Position numbers and translations under genes: made by a program | Shown here: positions 1 to 6,173 of the stretch, one piece after another | Layout: each line of letters begins with the position of its first letter | Position numbering within the stretch: position 1 is the first letter of the stretch | IMG/VR virus record: IMGVR_UViG_2802429253_000011 | Reading direction: 5' to 3' (one strand) | Length of the DNA: 12,094 nt | Source: a virus | Taxonomy: Duplodnaviria > Heunggongvirae > Uroviricota > Caudoviricetes | The notes under the pieces: model-generated | What the model saw: only the letters and a program-made list of their open reading frames with translations | What the model was told of the DNA's origin: nothing | Database searches by the model: none

Positions 1-78
1 CCCCAGAGAAGTCAGTGGGTTACGCAGAGAATCGTAACGGGATACCAGATCAAGGGCCTGTCCAATGTGCATAAAAAA

Positions 79-106
79 ATCCGGAAACGAGTGAGCGTTT
101 CCGGAT
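79..106 (-). terminator. Intrinsic terminator hairpin downstream of mug
   Basis: Perfect 11-bp inverted repeat ATCCGGAAACG (79-89) / CGTTTCCGGAT (96-106) with 6-nt loop; on the minus strand it is followed by a 6-T run (complement of A73-A78). Lies 70 bp past the mug stop. Confidence 0.6.
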
Positions 107-176
107 TCTTACACAGCCACTGGATCGGTCAACTGATCCTTAACTGATCGGCATTACACCTTTCTGGTGGCGTTTT

Positions 177-683
177 TTATCGCCCACGCACTACCAGTGC
201 CTGATCCAACTCCCGATATGCCTCAACCAGTTTCTCCAGAGAAACTCGACTTAAACCGCTGGGATTCGGCAATACCCAAATCTGCGTCGAACCAATGGTC
301 AGCGTTTGTTTCCCCCACTGCACGCCTCGCTGACTGAATCCCTGTTCATACGCCTGCTTACCCAGAATCGCCAACGCCTGCGGCTGATAATTCTCAATTT
401 TTTCAATTAGCTTGCGCCCACCTGCGTGCAATTCCTGCTTTGACACTTCATTAGCCTGCACCGTTGGCCTGTCAACCAGTTTGGTGACGCCACAACGATA
501 ATCCAGCAGATGCTGCGCTTCCTGCGGCTTCAACTGACGGTCGGTAAACCCGGCCTGATAAATCACCTTCCAGAAGCGATTCGCCGGATGGGCAAACGGA
601 AAACCAGACTCCGCGGAAGAAAGACCCGGATTGATGCCACAAAACACCACACGCAATCCTGGCGCAAGAATATCGTCAACCAT
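177..683 (-). CDS. mug: G/U mismatch-specific DNA glycosylase Mug (uracil-DNA glycosylase family 2), 168 aa
   Basis: Translation from the internal Met ([23 protein letters not shown]...[14 protein letters not shown]...LVVRGR) matches E. coli Mug almost residue for residue as recalled. ATG at 681-683 is preceded by AGGAG; stop TAA at 177-179. The track ORF 177..782 adds a 33-aa upstream extension that runs into the tRNA promoter region and is not supported. Confidence 0.9.
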   Translation of the reverse strand: MVDDILAPGLRVVFCGINPGLSSAESGFPFAHPANRFWKVIYQAGFTDRQLKPQEAQHLLDYRCGVTKLVDRPTVQANEVSKQELHAGGRKLIEKIENYQPQALAILGKQAYEQGFSQRGVQWGKQTLTIGSTQIWVLPNPSGLSRVSLEKLVEAYRELDQALVVRGR

Positions 684-769
684 ATTAACTCCTGAACAAC
701 ACAACCCGCAGGAAGTATAACGAATTGAAAACACATTGTTTATAAAAACAGCAGCCGCGCGGTAATGGC

Positions 770-798
770 TGGATTGCGACACGGAGTTACTTTATAAT
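770..798 (+). promoter_or_regulatory. Probable sigma70 promoter of the tRNA gene
   Basis: TATAAT at 793-798 followed by a GC-rich discriminator (CCGC) about 10 bp before the mature tRNA 5' end at 809; -35 region is weak. Confidence 0.35.
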
Positions 799-808
799 CC
801 GCTACCAT

Positions 809-884
809 GGCCCCTTAGCTCAGTGGTTAGAGCAGGCGACTCATAATCGCTTGGTCGTTGGTTCAAACCCAACAGGGGCCACCA
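809..884 (+). tRNA. ileX: tRNA-Ile2 (anticodon CAU, lysidine-type; ileX/ileY class), 76 nt including encoded CCA
   Basis: Cloverleaf readable by eye: acceptor GGCCCCT/AGGGGCC, D-arm GCTC-AGTGGTTAG-GAGC, anticodon loop CTCATAA (CAT at 842-844), T-arm GTTGG-TTCAAAC-CCAAC, 3' ACCA. Overall sequence resembles E. coli ileX rather than Met/fMet tRNAs. The position next to mug matches the K-12 ileX locus as recalled. Confidence 0.85.
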
Positions 885-892
885 TATCTATC

Positions 893-929
893 AAGGGGTT
901 ACGTTAACAGCGTGACCCCTTCGTTTTTT
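893..929 (+). terminator. Intrinsic terminator of the tRNA gene
   Basis: Stem AAGGGGTTAC (893-902) / GTGACCCCTT (912-921) with one mismatch, 9-nt loop, followed by CGTTTTTT (922-929). Confidence 0.6.
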
Positions 930-1425
930 CTAGGATACCTATAGGATACCGTGACAGAGTATAAGCAGGTATAAAAACAACAAGTTACGCAACATCATAC
1001 CTGTCATGAAACTTTAACTATCCGACATGATAGCTGGTCGATAATCACGGATAATCCGTTATGTGGATCCCCATATCGGCATCAGGCCCACCAGCGTGAA
1101 GCGTTTTTCATTTTTCGCGGGTATAAAAAATCGATGGGGCTGGCAGTCCGGAAGACGTCAGGGTACAGAGATTTGACCCGCCCCTCCCTGTGCATGGGCA
1201 CAATAAGTAACCGAAGGCGGAATTCCGCCCTCGGTACTCACATATGAGAAACGATATTTCTTCCTCTGATAACCAAAATATGGGTATCACAAGTAACCCC
1301 CAAAATCTGGGTGTTGCTCTTACTACCCAAACTACGGGTAGTTTCCGTAATTTCATGGTCGAGTTGCAGATCTGCAACTCACCCACCAGCCAACGCAATT
1401 TTGCGTTATCGGGAATATCAGCAAG

Positions 1426-1713
1426 TTACCGCCGCAGCCGTTCCGGCTTCTTCCACTGGTAAGTATTTTTCGCGCTCTCCCTCCGTTGTTGAGAACGGCG
1501 ACGGTATGCCAGCAACTCAAGAACTCTGGTTCGTATGTTGCGCATATCCACGCCGTTAAGCTCAATACCGTCACGGCGCATCACCTCAGCCACCACACGC
1601 GCGTAATTTTCAGCGGTGACTGTATCCGGCTGCGCGGCCTGTTCGTCAGCCAACTGGCTGATTCCACCAGCACAGCGGATTAATCGCAGTATTTCAGATT
1701 CGGTCATTATCAT
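1426..1713 (-). CDS. Hypothetical 95-aa protein, translationally coupled to the TerS-like gene
   Basis: Its ATG (1711-1713) overlaps the TGA stop (1710-1712) of the upstream gene in an ATGA arrangement. No family recognised. The basic C-terminal tail may be read-through of non-coding DNA, so it could be a 5' fragment. Confidence 0.4.
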   Translation of the reverse strand: MIMTESEILRLIRCAGGISQLADEQAAQPDTVTAENYARVVAEVMRRDGIELNGVDMRNIRTRVLELLAYRRRSQQRRESAKNTYQWKKPERLRR

Positions 1714-2195
1714 GCCTGTTTTGCGACCTCATTCACTACGTCATTTTTTACCATCCGGCTGATAATCTGATTACACAAATCGTCAATAATTGACTGCACT
1801 CTGTTTACTGCCATCGGTTTAAGCCCGGCATCACGTGCCAGAATATTGGGGAGTTTTGCCAGTTCCTCGCTTACGATTTCCCCCCATATAGCCATCTCTT
1901 TTCGCACATCATCGGCGGGTATGAGTTGCGCCGTTTCCTGTTCGAACCTGAGGCGCTCACGTTCGGACTGATACCAGGCCTTACGGTCATGTGGCTCCAT
2001 TTCTTCCAGTGATGCCGGAACGGGAAGATCAAGAAAACAGGTCAGAATGTCAGTCACCCGATAGAGTTTCAGCTTGTCATGCCCTCCGGCTGGCTGGATG
2101 TTTTTCAACCTTGCCGCCGCAGTCTGACGACATATTCCCGCTATCGCCGCCAGTTGATTAATGTTCAGCATCAGATTTTTCAGTTCTCGATCCAT
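1710..2195 (-). CDS. Terminase small subunit-like protein (lambda Nu1-type N-terminal HTH), about 161 aa
   Basis: N-terminal LNINQLAAIAGICRQTAAARLKNIQPAGGHDKLKLYRVTDIL parallels the lambda Nu1 DNA-binding motif (KKQLADIFGASIRTIQNWQEQGMPV...EVLYDSAAVIKWY). Start chosen at the internal ATG 2193-2195 with GGAG 5 nt upstream; the track ORF runs to 2282 without an RBS. Confidence 0.55.
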   Translation of the reverse strand: MDRELKNLMLNINQLAAIAGICRQTAAARLKNIQPAGGHDKLKLYRVTDILTCFLDLPVPASLEEMEPHDRKAWYQSERERLRFEQETAQLIPADDVRKEMAIWGEIVSEELAKLPNILARDAGLKPMAVNRVQSIIDDLCNQIISRMVKNDVVNEVAKQA

Positions 2196-2348
2196 ACCCG
2201 CTCCAGAATGTTTTAAACATGCATCTTGCGAACAACTTTCAGAAGAGGTCAAAAAATGCGCTATATGTTGAGCATAAAACAAGCAAAATTAACATACTAA
2301 AAATAAAAATACTTAAAATTCAATATCATATAAAGATGATGATGACGA

Positions 2349-2421
2349 ATGAAAATGCAAAAACTAGCCTTTTTCCGCGCCGCTCCCGCCCCGTGGCAGG
2401 CCACCTCACCGGGAGGACCCA
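2349..2421. repeat. Copy A of a 73-bp direct repeat (partner at 5699-5771)
   Basis: 69 of 73 positions identical to copy B, no indels, same orientation. GC-rich core with dyad CTCCCG...CGGGAG. Lies between a terminator and the TerS-like operon. Confidence 0.8.
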
Positions 2422-2466
2422 CCCAAAAAAGGCGACTGTCACTATTGTTTATGCTCCATGAGCGAC

Positions 2467-2488
2467 AAAACCGCCCGCAGGCGGTTTT
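2467..2488 (-). terminator. Intrinsic terminator (bidirectional) after the gpI-like gene
   Basis: Perfect hairpin AAAACCGCC-CGCA-GGCGGTTTT, 18 bp beyond the gpI-like stop (2506-2508), T-runs on both sides. Confidence 0.6.
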
Positions 2489-2505
2489 ACATAAAACGTT
2501 TTGTA

Positions 2506-3177
2506 TCAGCGACCAATCACCACAATCTGGCCGCCATCCCCTTCGTCTGCCGTGCTGATCTCCTGAGAGACCACCCGCGACCCCACGCGCATTTCACCGT
2601 ACAGAACGGGCAGAACATTGCCCTGGGCAACCATGTTATCCAGTGAGGAGAAATAGGTGTTCTGTTTGCCGTTATCTGTACTTGCTGCCGTGGGCGTCCT
2701 GGCTTTCGGTGCCAGCATCTGCGCCACACCACCAAGTACCATACTGGCACCGAGAGAAAACAGGATACCGGTCATACCACCGGCCCCAATGGCTGCCCCC
2801 CATGCTGTAAGGGTGGCTCCGGCGGTAAAGAATGATCCGGCAATGGCGGCTGCTCCCAGGACAATCTGGAATACACCACCTGACTTGGCCCCGGCGACTC
2901 TGGGAACAATATGAATCACAGCGCCATCAGGCAGAGTCTCATGTAACTGCGCCGTTAATCCGGACGTGCTGACATCCTGCCCGGCAATCCGTACCTGATA
3001 CCAGCCGTCGCTCAGTTTCTGACGAAACGCCGGGAGCTGTGTGGCCAGCGCCCGGATGGCTTCGGCCCCCGTTTTCACACGCAGATCGATGCGGCGGCCA
3101 AATCGTTGTAAATCCCCGTAAAGGCAGATGCGTGCCATGCCTGGTGACGCCAGAGGGAGTGTGTGCGTCGCTGCCAT
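2506..3177 (-). CDS. Lambda tail-tip assembly protein I (gpI) homolog, 223 aa
   Basis: Translation MAATHTLPLASPGMARICLYGDLQRFGRRIDLRVKTGAEAIRALATQLPAFRQ... with a Gly/Ala-rich hydrophobic C-terminal half matches lambda gpI as recalled, nearly identical over the full length. ATG at 3175-3177, TGA at 2506-2508. Confidence 0.7.
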   Translation of the reverse strand: MAATHTLPLASPGMARICLYGDLQRFGRRIDLRVKTGAEAIRALATQLPAFRQKLSDGWYQVRIAGQDVSTSGLTAQLHETLPDGAVIHIVPRVAGAKSGGVFQIVLGAAAIAGSFFTAGATLTAWGAAIGAGGMTGILFSLGASMVLGGVAQMLAPKARTPTAASTDNGKQNTYFSSLDNMVAQGNVLPVLYGEMRVGSRVVSQEISTADEGDGGQIVVIGR

Positions 3178-3266
3178 TTGTCGGTATACCTCTCTCGTTT
3201 GCTCAGTTGTTCAGGAATATGGTGCGGCAGCTCGCCGCCCCACGTGTTCAAAGTACCGCCTTGTTG

Positions 3267-5180
3267 TCATGCTCCATTCGATTTCAGCAATCCACGATAA
3301 TCGAGGGCCGCGACACCTGCATCTATGCGCACCTTCCAGGCGACACCATCAACAGTAAAGCCCACCTGCTCCTCAAGATATGGCGTATCCATACCATCAA
3401 GATAAGCGACTTCTATTGTGTCCATCCCCTTAGCTGCGGCTACATACCATTCCTTGCTATTGGCCTTATCAAGACGTGGCTCAACAATTACTTCTGCCAT
3501 ATCTTTCACCACGTTAATGATGCCGGGGTTCTGATTGATAGTGCCCTCATCACCAACCGGAAAGACTGATGACGATGACAGAATGGCGCGACGCGCGGCA
3601 GATTCCAGCGCGGCAGGGACCAGAACAAAAGCAGGGGTAATATTCAGTGAGTCGCCGTTAGCATCCTCCTGGAGGCGCATCAGCTTACGGGCTTCATCAA
3701 GCCCCACCATGTCCATATCCTTCGCAATAAGATTTTTATGATCGGCATGGAATAACGCTTTACCATCCGTAAACTTGCCGTTGCTGGTTAACAGGAGATA
3801 AACCAGATTGCCAACTGTTCTGGCGGCTGCGCGTCCCATCGCCATGGGGATTGTAGTTAACTGGGTCAGGTCATCGTTGATAATGGCCTGACGGGTAACG
3901 GAAAAAATATTCCCGTACGTGGCCAGCGCAATAGGTACACCTTTATCGCTGGTGGTGATGTATTTATATTCCGCACCTTCCGGTACTTTATCCAGCTTTG
4001 AAAAACCATTCAGACCAACGCGCTTTGCTTCATGAAAGTTTGAAAGCGAACCGGTACGCGTCCATTTCTGGAACGTTTCGCCGCTGTCCTGCCAGCCTTT
4101 CAGTACAGATTTTTCAGCCCCACCAGCCAGAATATGAGAAAAATCACTGCTGCTGTGTGTAAAAGCCGCATTAACAACCTGCGAGCGATTAATAAAACCA
4201 CTCACAGTGATACCACGATCAACCAGTGATGCCTGGGCCATTTCAAAAAGGCTCATCATCGCGTAAGGGTTGCCTCGTTCAGGGCGTTCATACCCAAGAC
4301 GGGAATAAAGCCCCTGACGAATTGCATCACCTGTTATGTTTCCGTTTCCGGCATAGATATGAGGCGGGGTATTTTTATTGGATGGCGTGGACTCGCGCCC
4401 CAGCTCGTTCAACAGCTTTTCACGGGCCATTTCCGGTGTACATGATGCATCTTCCAGACACGCCATTTTGATCCCGTCGTAACGACTGCCGAACAGGCTA
4501 AACACTTCACTTATTCCATTGATGCGTTTCTGTTCATTACCAGCAATATTTGCCGCTCCCTGTGGCGGTGTAATCATTCCTTTAATGGTTTCCGGCATAT
4601 GTAAAAAATCTCCTGTACGTTTCGATTCAATTCGCGCCATTGCTCTGACGGATGGCAACAATTCATCAGCAAAACCGTGCTTAAGGCATTCTTTCCCATC
4701 CATCCAGGTTTCATCCTCCAGCATGGCGGTAATTTCCTGTGCTGATTTGCCCGTTTTTCTGGCATAAGCAGGGATTAACACGGTTTCCACCTTATCCAGC
4801 AAATCAGCATAATCACGCATATCGCCAGCATTTCCGCCAGAGATCCCCCACGGTTTATGGATCATCATCATGGCGTTCTCCGGCATCACTACACGATCGC
4901 CAGCCATTGCGACCACCGAAGCCATTGAAGCCGCAACACCATCGATATAAACCGTAATGTCTGCCGGATGATTCCGTAGCAGGTTATAGATGGCGATGCC
5001 TTCAAACACATCACCACCTGGTGAATGGATCCTCAGATTGATATGTGAAACATCGCCAAGGGCTTTCAGGTCTTCCGCGAACTGCTTTGCAGTAACACCG
5101 AAGCCGCCAATCTCCTCATAGATAGATATATCCGCCGCTCCGCGAACATCCGCCGCCTTAATGGTGTACCAGCGATTCAT
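3267..5180 (-). CDS. Fusion of prohead protease (ClpP/S14-like) and HK97-fold major capsid protein, 637 aa
   Basis: N-terminus carries ClpP-like motifs (INLRIHSPGGDVFEGIAIYNLL, DGVAASMASVVAMAGD, MMMIHKPWG); the C-terminal ~400 aa has the composition and length of an HK97-family capsid protein. Start ATG 5178-5180 overlaps the upstream stop (TAATG). Confidence 0.8.
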   Translation of the reverse strand: MNRWYTIKAADVRGAADISIYEEIGGFGVTAKQFAEDLKALGDVSHINLRIHSPGGDVFEGIAIYNLLRNHPADITVYIDGVAASMASVVAMAGDRVVMPENAMMMIHKPWGISGGNAGDMRDYADLLDKVETVLIPAYARKTGKSAQEITAMLEDETWMDGKECLKHGFADELLPSVRAMARIESKRTGDFLHMPETIKGMITPPQGAANIAGNEQKRINGISEVFSLFGSRYDGIKMACLEDASCTPEMAREKLLNELGRESTPSNKNTPPHIYAGNGNITGDAIRQGLYSRLGYERPERGNPYAMMSLFEMAQASLVDRGITVSGFINRSQVVNAAFTHSSSDFSHILAGGAEKSVLKGWQDSGETFQKWTRTGSLSNFHEAKRVGLNGFSKLDKVPEGAEYKYITTSDKGVPIALATYGNIFSVTRQAIINDDLTQLTTIPMAMGRAAARTVGNLVYLLLTSNGKFTDGKALFHADHKNLIAKDMDMVGLDEARKLMRLQEDANGDSLNITPAFVLVPAALESAARRAILSSSSVFPVGDEGTINQNPGIINVVKDMAEVIVEPRLDKANSKEWYVAAAKGMDTIEVAYLDGMDTPYLEEQVGFTVDGVAWKVRIDAGVAALDYRGLLKSNGA

Positions 5181-5386
5181 TATTCCCCCACCGATGCAAA
5201 ACCATTCTGATTAAGCCAGGTGTTTACGGCATGTCTGACAATCTGCGCCACACCTGGTAATGGTTTGTCAGGATGATGATTTATATGGTCGATCCTGTAC
5301 TGCTTAAGGCGCATAACGGTCTGCGCATCCAGATGAACGGAACCACCCCTGATATCGCCCGTGTTCAGGTCATTAATACAACTCAC
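5180..5386 (-). CDS. Hypothetical 68-aa protein, first gene of the capsid operon
   Basis: GTG start at 5384-5386 preceded by a strong RBS (AAGAGGAAG); stop overlaps the capsid start. Function unknown. Confidence 0.5.
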   Translation of the reverse strand: MSCINDLNTGDIRGGSVHLDAQTVMRLKQYRIDHINHHPDKPLPGVAQIVRHAVNTWLNQNGFASVGE

Positions 5387-5487
5387 AGTAACTTCCTCTT
5401 ACTGACTAAACTGTGCACATTATTGATCGATAAAAGTGGTAGATAAACATATTTCTATCATAAAAACAGATTAATGAGATTCAGACA

Positions 5488-5511
5488 CAAAAAAGCCGGA
5501 GAAAATCCGGC
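5488..5511 (-). terminator. Intrinsic terminator or attenuator in the leader upstream of the 68-aa gene
   Basis: On the minus strand GCCGGA-UUUUC-UCCGGC followed by six U (plus-strand stem 5495-5511, A-run 5489-5494). Confidence 0.5.
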
Positions 5512-5698
5512 ATAAATATCCCGCCATCTGAACACGTTTTGACACAGGCAACTCCACCTGGCAGGTGAAAAACAGATTTATTTATATATTTCAATTAATT
5601 GCAAACTGGTCTAATGACAGGGAGAAAAAAATATTGTACAGGTGAAAACAGAAATAACTTTTAATTATCAATAAATTATCACACATGCTGCCGCCGCC

Positions 5699-5771
5699 AT
5701 GAAAATGCAAAAACCAGCCTTTTTCCGCGCCGCTCCCGCCCCGTGGCAGGTCACTACACCGGGAGGACCCA
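5699..5771. repeat. Copy B of the 73-bp direct repeat (partner at 2349-2421)
   Basis: Differs from copy A only at 5715, 5751, 5755 and 5756. Abuts the terminator at 5772-5795. Confidence 0.8.
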
Positions 5772-5795
5772 TAAAAAAGCCGGATTGCTCCGGCT
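5772..5795 (-). terminator. Intrinsic terminator ending the primase/origin transcription unit
   Basis: Stem AGCCGGA (5778-5784) / TCCGGCT (5789-5795), loop TTGC; on the minus strand it is followed by six U (complement of A5773-A5778). Confidence 0.6.
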
Positions 5796-5931
5796 TCTGT
5801 CACTCGTTGCTTAAAACGGTATGTTATCCCCGTACGGATCATCATTCCCCGCCTGTTGTTTTGGTGTGCTTCGCTGTCATAGGCTTTATCTCACAGCAGT
5901 AAATTAAAATTTTTGCGTTTTAACCCTTCAC

Positions 5932-6154
5932 CTGTTCACCTTTTGATATTTTCTCTTTTAATTCATAATGTTAAGGGGTGAACAGTTTCACAAAAACTAT
6001 TCACCAACTGTTCACCACTGTTCACCCTTGAAGCTCAATAAACAATCAAAAAGGTGAACAGTGAATAGTTTGGTGAACAGTTCATAAATAACTGTTCACC
6101 CTATAATATACTGATATAAAAGATATTTATGACAGGGTGAACAGTGGTGAACAG
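5932..6154. repeat. Iteron array, candidate replication origin (P4 ori/crr-like)
   Basis: Eleven copies of CTGTTCACC or its complement GGTGAACAG (two of them variants, CTATTCACC and GTGAATAG) at 5932, 5977, 5997, 6008, 6018, 6053, 6061, 6072, 6092, 6136 and 6146, in both orientations, interleaved with AT-rich tracts (5941-5974, 6101-6134). Ends 20 bp from the primase stop. TGTTCACC is the type I iteron bound by P4 alpha protein. Confidence 0.75.
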
Positions 6155-6173
6155 TTATTCCATAAGTTTAATT

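Noticed and set aside
1-72. Minus-strand ORF starting at ATG 70-72 (MHIGQALDLV...) running off the left edge
   Set aside because: The start codon is immediately preceded by the terminator T-run with no RBS and there is no room for a promoter; likely chance frame.
684-782. N-terminal 33-aa extension of the mug ORF in the six-frame track (177..782)
   Set aside because: Known Mug begins at MVDDILAPG with its own RBS (AGGAG); the extension would run into the tRNA promoter and has no RBS.
809-884. Calling the CAT-anticodon tRNA tRNA-Met or tRNA-fMet
   Set aside because: Acceptor, D and anticodon-stem sequences follow the ileX/ileY (tRNA-Ile2) pattern rather than metT or the initiator tRNA.
1108-1574. 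Overlapping ORFs on both strands (1108..1398, 1244..1462, 1311..1559, 1353..1574)
   Set aside because: Mutually overlapping, Trp/Cys-rich translations, no RBS; the region looks non-coding.
2349-2421. The 73-bp repeat as a phage cos site (faint resemblance of GGCGCGGAAAAAGG to the P2/P4 cohesive-end sequence)
   Set aside because: The match is short and weak, and two same-orientation copies 3.3 kb apart inside one element do not fit a single packaging site.
2349-2558. Plus-strand ORFs beginning MKMQK (2349..2558 and 5699..5902) as protein-coding genes
   Set aside because: Their shared N-termini simply reflect the 73-bp DNA repeat; the frames diverge right after it, substitutions are mostly non-synonymous, and there is no RBS.
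5932-6154. CRISPR array
   Set aside because: Repeat unit is only 9 bp, occurs in both orientations with irregular spacing and no uniform spacers; the pattern is that of replication iterons.
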